A DNA stretch of 64,000 bases from an uncultured Candidatus Binatia bacterium (GTDB taxonomy: Bacteria; Desulfobacterota; Binatia; UBA9968; CAXXLF01), in assembly GCA_965218425.1 (NCBI GenBank), contig OZ244621.1, positions 2,816,001 to 2,880,000 of the forward strand, read 5' to 3'. The position numbers and the translations under genes were made by a program. Shown here piece by piece: positions 52,240 through 63,411 of this stretch (within the stretch, counting starts at the first letter, position 1; each line of letters starts with the position of its first letter). The notes beneath the pieces are model-generated. The model did no database searches. It was not told the origin of the DNA and saw only the letters and a program-made list of their open reading frames with translations.

Positions 52240-53478
52240 ATGAGTTTAACCTTTGCCGGATTGATCAGACCCTTTCTCTTTAGCCTGATCCTGCTTGCGC
52301 CCGCTTCGGCTCAGGCGGAAGAATTGGTGGTTGGCATGTCCGCCGCCTTCACGGGGACGTCCCGTGGCCTCGGCATTGAACTGTACAGGGGTTCGATGGC
52401 CTACCTGGAAACCGTCAACCAGGAGGGGGGGATTCACGGCAAGAAGATTGCCATCCGCGCCTATGACGATGGTTACAACCCCACTCCGGCCATTCGAAAT
52501 ACCATCAAACTCGTTGACGAGGACAATGTATTTCTGCTGGTGAATTACGTCGGAACGCCAACGGTGACCCGGGTGTTGCCGCTACTCAAGAATTACAGCA
52601 AGAATCACGTCTTTCTGTTTTTCCCCTTTACAGGGGCAGAGCCGCAGCGTCAACCTCCCTACTCGGAATTTGTCTTTAACCTTCGCGCTTCTTATCGAAA
52701 CGAGACCGAAGGACTGGTCAATCACTTCGTCAAGGTAGGGAGAAAAAAGATCGCAGTGTTTTACCAGGCCGATGCTTACGGGAGAAGCGGTTGGGAAGGT
52801 GTCAAAAACGCCCTTGCGCGCTATGGATTGAAAATCAATGGCGAGGCCACTTATCGTAGGGGCACACAATTCTCTGCGAGTCTGAAACGCCAGATGGAGA
52901 TTCTCAAGGCGGCAGGCCCCGACGCAATCGTTTCCATCGGCTCCTACGCCGCCTGTGCAGCACTGATAAGAGACGCCAGAGATTCCGGCTGGAAGGTTCC
53001 CATCGCCAACGTTTCATTCGTAGGTAGTGAGTCCTTGGCAGACCTCCTCTTACGAAGCGGCAAAGCCAAGGGTACCGATTACACGGGGAACCTCATCAAT
53101 TCCCAGGTGGTCCCTTCTTATGAGGACACGTCACTGCAAGCGGTCAAGGAATATCGGCAGCGGATGGATCGGTATGGCGCCAAGGTACCCGGTCCCTGGG
53201 CCGCCGGCGGGTATCAACCGTTAAGGTACAGCTTTGTGAGCCTCGAAGGCTATTTGAACGCGAAGCTGTTGGTTCATATATTGAGCGACATGGGTCCCAA
53301 TCCGACCAGGGACCGTATCAAGGAGACCGTGGAGAGCGTCCGCCGTTCGGACCTCGGGACGGGAAACCTCATATCGTTCGGACCGGACAAGCACCAGGGA
53401 TCGGACCGGGTTTACTATACCACCCTGAAGAAGAACGAATTCGTTCCCGTGGCGAGCTGGGAACAATGGAAAAAATGA
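52240..53478 (+). CDS. periplasmic Leu/Ile/Val-type ligand-binding protein
   Basis: Signal peptide; GGIHGKKI, DDGYNP and FNLRASY motifs. Confidence 0.9.
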   Translation: MSLTFAGLIRPFLFSLILLAPASAQAEELVVGMSAAFTGTSRGLGIELYRGSMAYLETVNQEGGIHGKKIAIRAYDDGYNPTPAIRNTIKLVDEDNVFLLVNYVGTPTVTRVLPLLKNYSKNHVFLFFPFTGAEPQRQPPYSEFVFNLRASYRNETEGLVNHFVKVGRKKIAVFYQADAYGRSGWEGVKNALARYGLKINGEATYRRGTQFSASLKRQMEILKAAGPDAIVSIGSYAACAALIRDARDSGWKVPIANVSFVGSESLADLLLRSGKAKGTDYTGNLINSQVVPSYEDTSLQAVKEYRQRMDRYGAKVPGPWAAGGYQPLRYSFVSLEGYLNAKLLVHILSDMGPNPTRDRIKETVESVRRSDLGTGNLISFGPDKHQGSDRVYYTTLKKNEFVPVASWEQWKK

Positions 53479-55430
53479 GGACCTCAAGGCTATTTACGAA
53501 AACGCTGATTTTGATCGTGATACTATTCGGCGTCATCGCAACCGCCACGTCGGTGCTGTCAGGTTGGACTCTCTACCAAAGCTTAACCACGGAATATCAG
53601 AGCAAGGGTATCGCCATTGCAAAGAGCGTCGCCGATTCGAGCGCAGAAATTCTTTTGAACCGGGACCTGTCCACAGTGCAGGCCATTATCGACCAGTTTA
53701 GCGAAATCGGCGGGGTTGCCTATGTATTCGTCTCCGACGGCCAGGGGGAAATCGTTTCCCACACCTTCGTGCCTGCCGTGCCCAATGAGGTGCTTCCTCT
53801 CATCGAGCAATCCAGGGCGAGTCCATCCACTGGAGAAATGGTAACCACCAAGCTTCAAGTTGAAGGCCTAGGGGACTTCATCCATATTTATGCGCCTATC
53901 ATGGCCGGGGTGGCAGGCTTCGTGCACGTGGGCATGGACCAGAGCTTTATTCGCGCGCAGATCTGGTCCACAGTCGTTAAGCAACAGGGGCTCATGTTTG
54001 CGATCTTTATCCTGAGCATCGTGGCGGCCTACATCCTCGTTAATCGCATTTCAAGACCATTGAACCAGCTGGCGGATTACACTCATTCCCTGGCCTCACA
54101 CGACTTTTCCGCCGGGGTGAATATCCCCGAAGAAATCGAAGCCCTACCGCAAAGGTCCAAAGATGAAATCGGTAAGCTGGCGGAGTCATTTATCGACATG
54201 GAGCGAACCCTGCAGCGCTACCTCAAGGACCTGGAGGAAACCACGGCCTCCAAAGAGAGGATCGAGAGCGAACTGAAGATCGCCCACGACATTCAGATGA
54301 GCATGGTGCCCAAGACATTTCCCCCTTTTCCCAACCGGCGGGAATTTGATATCTATGCAACCCTTGTGCCGGCTCGAGAGGTGGGAGGGGACTTGTATGA
54401 TTTTTTCTTTATCAATGACCACCAGCTCTGTTTCGCCATCGGGGATGTCTCCGGCAAGGGGGTGCCTGCGTCTCTTTTTATGGCGCTCACCAAAACCCTG
54501 TTCCGGGCCACGGGGGGGCGTCGGAATGCCACTGCGGAAACCATCCTAACCCGGCTTAACGCAGAAATTTGCCGTGATAATGAGTCCTGTATGTTCGTAA
54601 CGGCTTTTTGCGGGATCCTGGATGTACGAACGGGGCAGGTGGATTACAGTAACGCAGGCCACAATCTACCCTACGTTTTATCCAATGGGGTCGTCACGGC
54701 GCTGCCCAAGACGGGGGGCATAGCCCTGGGTGTGACCGATTTGGTAAGCTATCAGGCGGGGAAGCTCGTGCTCAAATCTGGAGATCGGCTCATTCTATAT
54801 ACGGATGGTGTAACGGAAGCGATGGATAAAGACGATCAACTTTTTTCCGAGAGTCGCCTGGAAACGACCCTGCGGGGCTTGAATAGGCAAAGCATCAGGG
54901 GAGTCATTGAAAGAGTGGTCGGTGAGGTCCAACTCTTTTCCACCGGCGCACCCCAATCGGATGACATCACGCTTTTGGCGCTTGGATACAATGGGCCTCA
55001 TGAGACTCAGAAGCCAACTCTATCGGTTCAGTTGGAAAACGACCTTGCGGAACTCCAGCGCTTGAACCGACTCCTGGAAGAGTTTGCGGAGCATCACGGA
55101 GTCCCTTCGGAGATGGTGTTTCGAATAACCCTGGTATTGGAGGAAATCATCACCAATGCGATCTCCTACGGTTTCGAAGACAAGTTGCAGCACGAGATCG
55201 CGGTGAGGCTCACATGGGCGGAGCCTGAAATGACCATCGAGGTGGAGGACGACGGCCGCCCTTTCAATCCCCTGGAGGCTCCCCCTCCGGACATGGAAAA
55301 ACCGTTGACAGAAAGAAAGATAGGCGGACTGGGTATCCACCTGGTGCGGGAAATGATGGATGAGCTCGAATATCGGCGTGAAAATGGCAAGAATGTTTTT
55401 ATCCTCAAGACGAAAATTCGGGCGACTTAA
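53475..55430 (+). CDS. membrane HAMP-SpoIIE (PP2C) phosphatase fused to an RsbW-type HATPase kinase
   Basis: Two TMs, HAMP (DEIGKL), VGGDLYD, GDVSGKG, YTDGVTE, DDIT, then EEIITN...DDGRPFNP...GGLGIHLV. Confidence 0.92.
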   Translation: MRTSRLFTKTLILIVILFGVIATATSVLSGWTLYQSLTTEYQSKGIAIAKSVADSSAEILLNRDLSTVQAIIDQFSEIGGVAYVFVSDGQGEIVSHTFVPAVPNEVLPLIEQSRASPSTGEMVTTKLQVEGLGDFIHIYAPIMAGVAGFVHVGMDQSFIRAQIWSTVVKQQGLMFAIFILSIVAAYILVNRISRPLNQLADYTHSLASHDFSAGVNIPEEIEALPQRSKDEIGKLAESFIDMERTLQRYLKDLEETTASKERIESELKIAHDIQMSMVPKTFPPFPNRREFDIYATLVPAREVGGDLYDFFFINDHQLCFAIGDVSGKGVPASLFMALTKTLFRATGGRRNATAETILTRLNAEICRDNESCMFVTAFCGILDVRTGQVDYSNAGHNLPYVLSNGVVTALPKTGGIALGVTDLVSYQAGKLVLKSGDRLILYTDGVTEAMDKDDQLFSESRLETTLRGLNRQSIRGVIERVVGEVQLFSTGAPQSDDITLLALGYNGPHETQKPTLSVQLENDLAELQRLNRLLEEFAEHHGVPSEMVFRITLVLEEIITNAISYGFEDKLQHEIAVRLTWAEPEMTIEVEDDGRPFNPLEAPPPDMEKPLTERKIGGLGIHLVREMMDELEYRRENGKNVFILKTKIRAT

Positions 55431-55433
55431 ACT

Positions 55434-55566
55434 ATGGAAATCGCGGAAGAGCGATGAGCCAATATTATAATTGTCCACGTAATTGGAAAACTCGATGCTT
55501 CCGCATCTAAGGATCTGGAGGCAAAGGTCATGTCCCTAATAGCCGCAAACCACGAAAAACTGGTCT
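55434..55566 (+). pseudogene. STAS anti-anti-sigma factor remnant
   Basis: MEIAEER*ANIIIVHVIGKLDASASKDLEAKV...: TGA at codon 8 and 3' truncation. Confidence 0.75.
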
Positions 55567-55754
55567 CAAAAGGGGCACTTAGCTGTCGGCGTGATTTACG
55601 ATGAAGATAGTAACGGTGAATTGAATAAGAGCTTCTCGGGAATTCCCACCGAGCCATTCGGTGCGTCGAACAATACAAAGGATAGGTTCGGGCCACCCAA
55701 ATTTAAAAAGGCCTATGGCCGAGGCGAAGGATTGACCTAAACGTAAGAGAGTGA

Positions 55755-56489
55755 TTGGCGAAAAGGGGCCGGAAGAGGACGGTGGATCCATTCAGCGATA
55801 AGGGAATCGACTGGAAAGCATTTCAATCCCAGCTCGACGAACGCGGGTTTGCGGTCATGCCCGGTGTTCTCACCGCAAAGACCTGCGAGGAAATAACCGC
55901 CTTATATTCTCATGACCAACTGTTCCGTGCTCGGATAGAAATGTCCCGCTATTCCTTTGGCCAGGGGGAGTATAAGTACTTCAAGTATCCACTGCCACTT
56001 TTAATACAACAGATTCGGGAGGCCCTTTATCCTCATCTCGCGCCGCTTGCGAATGAATGGCTCGGTCGGTTGGGAAATGATGGGCCTCGGTTTCCTGACA
56101 AGCTTTCGGACTTCATCCAATTTTGTCATGGTGCAGGCCAGGCGCGTCCCACCCCGTTGATCCTGAAGTATGGCTCCGGTGATTACAATCGTCTGCATCA
56201 AGACCTGTACGGGGAAATTGTCTTCCCCTTCCAGGCGACCATTTTCCTGAGTCAGCGGGGAAAGGACTTCGATGGCGGCGAATTCGTGCTTGCCGAACAG
56301 CGGCCGCGACAACAATCCCGCGTTGAAGTGCTCTGTGTGAATCAAGGTGACGGGGTGATCTTTGGCGTCCATCATCGACCGGTTAGAGGGACACGCGGTT
56401 ATTATCGCGCAACCCTCCGGCATGGCGTTAGCACGGTTCACTCGGGTGACCGCTACACGTTGGGAATCATATTCCACGATGCGAGGTAG
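55755..56489 (+). CDS. 2OG-Fe(II) oxygenase (DUF2086/prolyl hydroxylase-like)
   Basis: FGQGEYKYF, LHQDLYG and RHGVS...RYTLGIIFHD motifs. Confidence 0.88.
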   Translation: MAKRGRKRTVDPFSDKGIDWKAFQSQLDERGFAVMPGVLTAKTCEEITALYSHDQLFRARIEMSRYSFGQGEYKYFKYPLPLLIQQIREALYPHLAPLANEWLGRLGNDGPRFPDKLSDFIQFCHGAGQARPTPLILKYGSGDYNRLHQDLYGEIVFPFQATIFLSQRGKDFDGGEFVLAEQRPRQQSRVEVLCVNQGDGVIFGVHHRPVRGTRGYYRATLRHGVSTVHSGDRYTLGIIFHDAR

Positions 56490-56767
56490 GTGAGTTGTGT
56501 TACGAGCCGGAATCAAACAATGTGCCGGCGCCCGTCGGTGGAAACAACGGCGGAGCTCTCCAATCCAACAAAGACTGTCAATTGCCTAACCCCATCTGCC
56601 CTACCTGCCGGAGAGCCGCAATATTGGAAACCATTCTTATTGCGTCGTGGGGACCGTCTACGGGGTGATCATTGGATTTTTCTTGGCCATTATTGCCAGC
56701 AAATACTTGAGCCCGCACCTCCACGACTTCTGATGATTGCATCGCAGGACCGCGGCTAATTTTCACT

Positions 56768-58993
56768 TTACAATTCGAGGCGGCGCAGGCGCAGGGCGTT
56801 GCTGATAACCGATATGGAGCTCAAGGTCATGGTAGCGCTGGCAATGATGGGGCTGAGCACCAGACCGAAGACGGGGTAGAGAACTCCGGCGGCGATAGGG
56901 ATTCCCAGGGTGTTGTAGATGAACGCAAAGAAGAGATTTTGCCGGATGTTGCGCATGGTGCCGCGACTTAGCCGGCGGGCGCGCACCAACCCCCTAAGGT
57001 CACCTTTTAGTAGAGTCATGCCGGCGCTCTCTATGGCCACGTCAGTACCGGTTCCCATGGCAACTCCCACCTGGGCTTGCGCAAGGGCGGGTGCGTCGTT
57101 AACGCCGTCACCAGCCATGGCCACAATATGGCCTTCAGCCTGAGAGCGCTTTACGATTTCACTTTTTTGGTCCGGTAGTACCTCGGCCTCCACATGGTCA
57201 ATACCGATTTTACGCGCCACGGCCTGGGCGGTGGTACGGCTGTCCCCTGTGAGCATTACGATTCGTACCCCTTCGTCGTGAAGCGAACGGATAGCTTCGA
57301 GGGAAGTCGATTTAATGGGATCTGCGACCCCAAGGAGGCCCATGACCTTTCCATCCGCCGCAAGAAACATCACGGTCTGTCCATCCTCGCGTAAGGACTC
57401 GGCCTCGCCTGATAAGTCTCCGGCGGCGATCTTTAACTCGTCGAGTAATGCCTGGTTACCCAGCGCCACCGAGCGCCCCTCAACGGTGGCCACGATTCCT
57501 TTGCCCGTAACCGAGCGAAAATCCCGCACCTCGGCGAGATTCAAGTCTTTTTCCTTGCTCGCTTGCAGTATGGCAGCCGCCAACGGGTGTTCGCTCCCCC
57601 TCTCGAGGCTTGCGGCCAAGCGCAAAAGCTCCTGCTCCGTCTGCCCGGGTATCGTCTTCAGAGAAACGAGGGCGGGCTTTCCTTCGGTTATGGTGCCCGT
57701 CTTATCCACCACCAGAGTGTCAACCTTCTCAAAGGTCTCGAGGGCTTCGGCGTTTTTGATCAACACGCCGGCCGTGGCGCCGCGCCCGCTCCCCACCATA
57801 ATCGCCATGGGAGTAGCTAGGCCGAGTGCGCAGGGGCACGCGATGATGAGCACCGCAACGCTACTCAGCAATGCGTGGGCCATGCGGGGTTGCGGACCCA
57901 TCAGGCCCCAGACCACGAGAGTCACAAACGCCACGAGTATCACCGTAGGGACGAAATACGAGGCCACCACATCCGCAAGCCGCTGAATGGGAGCCCGGCT
58001 GCGTTGCGCTTCGCTCACCATGCGAACAATCTGGGCCAGCAAAGTGTCACTGCCTACGCGCTCGGCTTTCATGACGATGCCGCCGGTGCCGTTTACCGTG
58101 CCTCCCGTAACCTGGTTCCCTGGAGTCTTTTCGATCGGAATGGGCTCGCCGGTAACCATGGACTCGTCGATGGAAGTCGCCCCTGACAATACCACGCCGT
58201 CCACTGGAATCTTTTCTCCCGGGCGGACACGCAGCCGGTCTCCCGGGTGGACACGATCCAAAGGTAGGTCTTCTTCACCTCCGTCGTCGCACACCACCCT
58301 CGCCGTATTTGGCGCGAGTCCCAACAGGGCCTTGATGGCGCTATTGGTCCGGCTCCGTGCATGTAGCTCGAGCACTTGTCCAAGGAGTACGAGAGTCGTA
58401 ATGGTGGCGGCGGCTTCGTAGTAAATGGGTACCACGCCTTCATGGCTCCTAAAGGTTTGCGGGAACAGGTCCGGGAAAAGAGTGGCGAAAACGCTGTATA
58501 CGTATGCCGTGCCAACGCCCATGGCTATGAGCGTGAACATGTTGAAGCTACGATTCAGCAGGGAGGTCCATGCGCGCTGGAAGAAGGGCCACCCGCACCA
58601 GAGTACGACCGGGGTGCTCAGCAGAAACTGAACCCACGTTGAATGCGCGACCGAAATGAGCCCCTGCACAGGTTGCCCTGGAATCATCTCGGACATGGCA
58701 AGAAACAATACAGGTATGGTCAGGATAAGGCCGATCCAGAACCGCCGGGACATGTCCGCCAGTTCGGGATTGGTCTCTCCCTCCGCCGTCGCAACACGCG
58801 GCTCGAGAGCCATCCCGCAAGCCGGGCAGGGGCCGGGCTCGAATTCCAAGACCTCCGGATCCATGGGGCAGATGTAATTCGTCCTAGCCGCGGGGATGGC
58901 GTCGGGGGATTGCTCGAGGGCCATGCCGCACTTTGGACAGGGTCCTGGCTTTGACCGCTGTACCTCGGGATCCATGGGACAAGTGTAGTTCAT
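56768..58993 (-). CDS. copA: copper-translocating P1B-type ATPase
   Basis: Two CPMDPEV metal-binding repeats; [28 protein letters not shown] and YN motifs. Confidence 0.92.
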   Translation of the reverse strand: MNYTCPMDPEVQRSKPGPCPKCGMALEQSPDAIPAARTNYICPMDPEVLEFEPGPCPACGMALEPRVATAEGETNPELADMSRRFWIGLILTIPVLFLAMSEMIPGQPVQGLISVAHSTWVQFLLSTPVVLWCGWPFFQRAWTSLLNRSFNMFTLIAMGVGTAYVYSVFATLFPDLFPQTFRSHEGVVPIYYEAAATITTLVLLGQVLELHARSRTNSAIKALLGLAPNTARVVCDDGGEEDLPLDRVHPGDRLRVRPGEKIPVDGVVLSGATSIDESMVTGEPIPIEKTPGNQVTGGTVNGTGGIVMKAERVGSDTLLAQIVRMVSEAQRSRAPIQRLADVVASYFVPTVILVAFVTLVVWGLMGPQPRMAHALLSSVAVLIIACPCALGLATPMAIMVGSGRGATAGVLIKNAEALETFEKVDTLVVDKTGTITEGKPALVSLKTIPGQTEQELLRLAASLERGSEHPLAAAILQASKEKDLNLAEVRDFRSVTGKGIVATVEGRSVALGNQALLDELKIAAGDLSGEAESLREDGQTVMFLAADGKVMGLLGVADPIKSTSLEAIRSLHDEGVRIVMLTGDSRTTAQAVARKIGIDHVEAEVLPDQKSEIVKRSQAEGHIVAMAGDGVNDAPALAQAQVGVAMGTGTDVAIESAGMTLLKGDLRGLVRARRLSRGTMRNIRQNLFFAFIYNTLGIPIAAGVLYPVFGLVLSPIIASATMTLSSISVISNALRLRRLEL

Positions 58994-59381
58994 GCTTTTG
59001 TCTGTGCGAGTGACGTTCTAGAGGCGATTCATGGGGTTTGCCTACGAAACCCAAAACCGACAAAAATGTGAATGTATCAGCGCCGTCAACAATCGAGAGC
59101 CTGCGATCTTACATGCCGTGCTCATGGAACTTGTCATGACGGTTATCATGAATCACAAAACACGTCTACCTGTGCACGGCACCCGGAGCCGCCCATCTCT
59201 GATTTCCATCAGTGCCCACACAGCAGACTCAATTACCGCCCAATAGTCAATCTGTCGAGAATAAACTCTGTCCTCTCAAGGCGAGCCAATTGGTCGGGTA
59301 TGGAGACAAGACGTCAATGTGCCGGGGCCATTTCTTGAGACGGGGCTCCGCCGCATTTTAGTTGGACCGTACTCCGGGATA

Positions 59382-59415
59382 CTTGACAAGCACTTGGAAC
59401 GGCGGGAGAATCACC
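59382..59415 (+). promoter_or_regulatory. sigma70-type promoter, duplicated at 63277-63310
   Basis: TTGACA-17-GAGAAT; 32/34 identical to the second copy. Confidence 0.7.
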
Positions 59416-59527
59416 GCTGTTTCGTGAAAGTTTCAAACCGTGGAGTAAAAATAAACTGGCGAAAGACGAAGAACAGAGATGATTTCCACTTCCCCGGATG
59501 AAATGTTGTGAGTCTTTTGGGGCTACA

Positions 59528-60733
59528 ATGACTCAGGCTCTACCCACCGCACTTGAGGGTACGGTTGTAGTCGAAGTCAGCGGTCATGTGGCTGGCCCTT
59601 TTGCAGGTAGTCTCCTTGGCGACCTTGGGTGCGAGGTTATTAAGGTGGAGCTACCGGGAGGGGGTGACACCCACCGCGGCCGTAATCCGAAGTACGAAGG
59701 TTATGGACCAAGCTTCAGGGCGTTAAACAGGAACAAAAAAAGTATCACCCTCAACTTGCAGGATCCGGAAGGCAAGAAAGTACTGCTTCGGCTACTGGAA
59801 AAGTCCGATGTTTTGCTCGAAAACTTTCGCCCGCAGACGCGAAAGCGTCTCGGTCTCGAATACGAAGAGCTCAAGCAACTCAATCCGAAACTCATTCATT
59901 GCTCTATCTCCGGCTATGGTCAAAGCGGACCCTATCGGGACAAACCCGGCTTTGATACCATCGGCCAGGCGTTAAGTGGGATGCTTGGCCTGGTCACGGA
60001 TTTAAACAATCCAAAAGTTGTAGGAGTTTCCATCGCTGATCACACCTCCGGGGTTTTTGCCGCTTACGGAGTCATGGCGGCCCTTCTTGCTCGCCACAGC
60101 ACAGGCCGGGGACAGTTCGTGGACACATCTCTGCTACAGGTGAGCCTGGCATTTATCGAGTCCCATATTGTCGACTACCTAAATGGCGGGGAGGCTGTCT
60201 CCCGAGATAACTTCCCAAGGGGTCGCATTTACTGCTTCATCGCTAGCGATGAGCTGCCCTTAGTGATCCACCTTTCCGGGCACCAGGAGTCATGGGAGGG
60301 AATGGTTAAGGCAGTGGGACGCACCGATTTACTCAAGGAGCCGAAGTTTGCTACTCGTAGAGACCGATGGGAGCACCACCACGAGATCGTTGAATGTCTG
60401 GGAGATGAATTTCGTAAGAGACCTCGTTCCTACTGGCTGGAGGCACTGGAAAAGAATGGCGTAGCCATTGGCCCCGTTTACGCTCCTGATGAAGTCTTCC
60501 AGGACCCCCAGGTCCAACACATGGGGGTGCCTAAGATGATGGATCACCCCACCATGGGGTCCACTCGTCTCATCGGCAGCGCCGTGAACCTCTCCGACAC
60601 CCCACCGCAGTTTATTCGGCCTGCACCCCTATTGGGGGAACATACCGACGAGATACTATCCCGGTTTGGCTATGACGTGGAGGCCATTGAGGGGCTTCGC
60701 GCACGTGGAGTGATATCGAAAAACGAAAAATAG
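59528..60733 (+). CDS. CaiB/BaiF family (class III) CoA transferase
   Basis: AGPF...DLGCEVIKVE, NRNKKS, ENFRP, PGFD and APLLGEHT motifs. Confidence 0.95.
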   Translation: MTQALPTALEGTVVVEVSGHVAGPFAGSLLGDLGCEVIKVELPGGGDTHRGRNPKYEGYGPSFRALNRNKKSITLNLQDPEGKKVLLRLLEKSDVLLENFRPQTRKRLGLEYEELKQLNPKLIHCSISGYGQSGPYRDKPGFDTIGQALSGMLGLVTDLNNPKVVGVSIADHTSGVFAAYGVMAALLARHSTGRGQFVDTSLLQVSLAFIESHIVDYLNGGEAVSRDNFPRGRIYCFIASDELPLVIHLSGHQESWEGMVKAVGRTDLLKEPKFATRRDRWEHHHEIVECLGDEFRKRPRSYWLEALEKNGVAIGPVYAPDEVFQDPQVQHMGVPKMMDHPTMGSTRLIGSAVNLSDTPPQFIRPAPLLGEHTDEILSRFGYDVEAIEGLRARGVISKNEK

Positions 60734-60787
60734 CGCCAATTTGGTGAGCCAGAGGGGAAGACAAGGAAAACTTAAGGGGGATTACTT

Positions 60788-62002
60788 ATGGACTTTAGCG
60801 TTCAGGCAGATCCGCCTGAGGTCGGCGCGTTTCGGAAGGAAGTCCGCGATTGGCTTCAGGAGAATTTGAAAGGTTCCGAGCACCTGAGGTGGTCGGCGTC
60901 TTGGTCCACACGGGAAAACGTGGAAGAGTACCGGTTGCGGCGTACGCTGGCGGGCAAGCTGGGGAAAAAAGGGTGGCTGTTCCCGATGTTTCCGGTCGAA
61001 TACGGGGGCGCGGCGCTTACAATCAACCACCAGCTGGTGCTGGAGACGGAGTTAGCGAAGTATGGACTCAACCTCAACCATATCTTTTACACCCTAGCTC
61101 GCATTGTTGCGCCGGTCATCCTCAAGTGGGGCAGCGAAGGGCAAAAGCGAGAGTTCTTGCCTCCCATCGTTCAGGGGGAGGTCGCCGTGTGGCAGGTGCT
61201 AACCGAGCCCCAAGGGGGGAGCGACGTGGCGAACTGTCGGACCAAGGCCATTCGGGACGGGGACCACTACGTGGTCAACGGGCAAAAGGTCATGGTTGGC
61301 CATCACCTTCCACCGGATTATCTTTGGGCGCTGGTCTGTACGGACCCCTCTCGTCCTCGGCACGAGAATCTGGGCTGGCTTCATATCCCGGCAAACCTGC
61401 CAGGGATTACCATCCAGCGCATGCACTTGATGATGGGGATCAAGAATTCGGTCTTTTTCGACAACGTGCGCGTGCCGGCAAAATTTTTGGTAGGAGGCGA
61501 GAACAACGGCTGGAAGGTGGCCAACACTCACCTGGAGCTGGAACACGGCGGCGAGGGGAGGGTCGGAACGGACCCCTTGGTGGAGCGGGTGGTGGAGTAC
61601 TGCCGGAGGATGAAAGTCGGCGGGAAGCCTCTGATAGAAGACGAAAAGGTAAGGGACCTCATTGCCGACATGACCATTGAGCTTCACACGGCGAGCCTAT
61701 TCGCCCGGCGAAATTTCTGGCATCGCTTCGTCAGAAAGCCGCACGCTTACGGGGGAGCCCAGTTCCGGTACTACCAGCGCATGGCCCGGCTTAGAAACGG
61801 AGAGCGTTTGCAGCAGATCATGGGTTACGACGCCCTGGTTCCGGATCACGCCGTGCATGAGGTGGTGGACTTTGAGTACGTGGTGCGTAGCGGGCCTGGC
61901 CAACTCCACGGCGGGGGAACGTTGGACACTGATCGGCTGATCTTTGCACGCCGGGTCGGATTGGGCCGCCCTTCCCAGGAAAAGGCACCTGAGACCATTT
62001 AA
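60788..62002 (+). CDS. acyl-CoA dehydrogenase family protein
   Basis: TEPQGGSDVA, NGQK, VFFDNVRVP and GGGT motifs. Confidence 0.92.
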   Translation: MDFSVQADPPEVGAFRKEVRDWLQENLKGSEHLRWSASWSTRENVEEYRLRRTLAGKLGKKGWLFPMFPVEYGGAALTINHQLVLETELAKYGLNLNHIFYTLARIVAPVILKWGSEGQKREFLPPIVQGEVAVWQVLTEPQGGSDVANCRTKAIRDGDHYVVNGQKVMVGHHLPPDYLWALVCTDPSRPRHENLGWLHIPANLPGITIQRMHLMMGIKNSVFFDNVRVPAKFLVGGENNGWKVANTHLELEHGGEGRVGTDPLVERVVEYCRRMKVGGKPLIEDEKVRDLIADMTIELHTASLFARRNFWHRFVRKPHAYGGAQFRYYQRMARLRNGERLQQIMGYDALVPDHAVHEVVDFEYVVRSGPGQLHGGGTLDTDRLIFARRVGLGRPSQEKAPETI

Positions 62003-62017
62003 TGGAGAGAGTGGATT

Positions 62018-63142
62018 ATGGATTTAGGACTGACTGAAGAACAAAGCATGTTTAAGAAAGTGGCGGCCGACTTTGTGAAAAGCGAGGCGCCGCCTCATGT
62101 GAACACCACATGGTTTCGTAAAAAAGAGACATTCCAGTCTGCTCTCTATCGCAAGGCAGGCGAGCTAGGATGGTTAGGCATGATGATTCCGGAAGGGTTC
62201 GGCGGGGCAGGCGCATCCTTCACTGACTGCGGAATCGTGTTCGAAGAGCTGGGCCGGGCGCCCCTTCCGGGTCCGTTCTTTTCCTCCGGCGTTCTGAGTG
62301 CGCAGTTAGTTATGGAAGGCGGTTCCGAGGCGCAGAAGCGATCTTTGCTTCCAGACATCTGCAGCGCGAAATCCATCGTCATCCCAGCAATCACGGATAC
62401 GGGAGTCCATTGGGGTCCCGAGGCGGTTGAGGTTCGGCTGACCCAAAACGGTGGGGACTTCATATTGGAGGGTACCAAGAGATTTGTGTACGACGCGCAA
62501 GCGGCCACGAGCTTCATTTGCGCGGCGCGGACAGAAAATGGCGGAGTTGCTCTTGTGGTGGTGGATCAATCTGCCCCTGGAATCACCATCACGCCTCGCG
62601 TTGGATTTATGGTATCGGTTGCGGAGGTGCGTTTTGAAAAGGTAGAGACCCCGGCGTCGAATGTCCTGACGGCAGGTGAAGGTTGGCAAGTGCTTGATAA
62701 TGCTTTGGAGAAAGCGATTCCGATTCTATGCGCTTACCAGGTGGGGGCATGCCAAGAGGTTTTTGACCTCACCGTCGAATACACAAAGAACCGTATCGCG
62801 TTTGGTCAACCCATTGGCCGGTTCCAGCGTGTGCAGGACCACTGTGTGGATTTGGCTAATCACCTCGATGCCGCTCGCTGGGTAACCTACGAAACCCTTT
62901 GGAAGCAAGATACGGGTCAGTCGGCCAGGGCTAGCGTGCACGAGGCCAAAGCCGTAGCGAGTTTGGGTTACTATGAGGCGTGTAACTATGCGCACATGGT
63001 CTTCGCTGGACCCGGCACAGACTACCAGCATCCCCTCATGGCCCATAGCGTCATGGCTCACACTCTTTACCAGTACCTGGGGACCCCTCAACACCACAAG
63101 CGCCGAATGATGGATACTCTGTACCCAAGATCAAGCAGGTAA
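62018..63142 (+). CDS. acyl-CoA dehydrogenase family protein (likely heteromeric partner)
   Basis: EELGR, GTKRFV and RIAFGQPIGRFQ motifs. Confidence 0.9.
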   Translation: MDLGLTEEQSMFKKVAADFVKSEAPPHVNTTWFRKKETFQSALYRKAGELGWLGMMIPEGFGGAGASFTDCGIVFEELGRAPLPGPFFSSGVLSAQLVMEGGSEAQKRSLLPDICSAKSIVIPAITDTGVHWGPEAVEVRLTQNGGDFILEGTKRFVYDAQAATSFICAARTENGGVALVVVDQSAPGITITPRVGFMVSVAEVRFEKVETPASNVLTAGEGWQVLDNALEKAIPILCAYQVGACQEVFDLTVEYTKNRIAFGQPIGRFQRVQDHCVDLANHLDAARWVTYETLWKQDTGQSARASVHEAKAVASLGYYEACNYAHMVFAGPGTDYQHPLMAHSVMAHTLYQYLGTPQHHKRRMMDTLYPRSSR

Positions 63143-63276
63143 GACTATCTTCGCCGTGGGAGCGAGCATAGCCCTTTTCTCCTGGAGGGCAGACGCTCCG
63201 ATTGGCGCGTCCCAACGGCATGGGATTAGCACAATACATTAGTCCAATTTTGTTAGTTGAGTGGAGCTTTGAAAAG

Positions 63277-63310
63277 CTTGACATGCACTCGGAACGGCGG
63301 GAGAATCACC
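63277..63310 (+). promoter_or_regulatory. second copy of the duplicated promoter
   Basis: CTTGACATGCACTCGGAACGGCGGGAGAATCACC. Confidence 0.7.
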
Positions 63311-63411
63311 CCTAATTTGTGGGTTTGCCCGGTGTACAACGCCGAACCGAGTGCCAGCGAGTGATGTAGCCACAAGCTAAGAGAGCCAGCGCTCAAAAAG
63401 GAGGAAAGGAT

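Noticed and set aside
51908..52243. Short ORFs between the response regulator and the SBP gene
   Set aside because: No recognisable motif or RBS
55455..55457. Selenocysteine readthrough of the STAS TGA
   Set aside because: Not a Cys-equivalent position and the gene is also truncated
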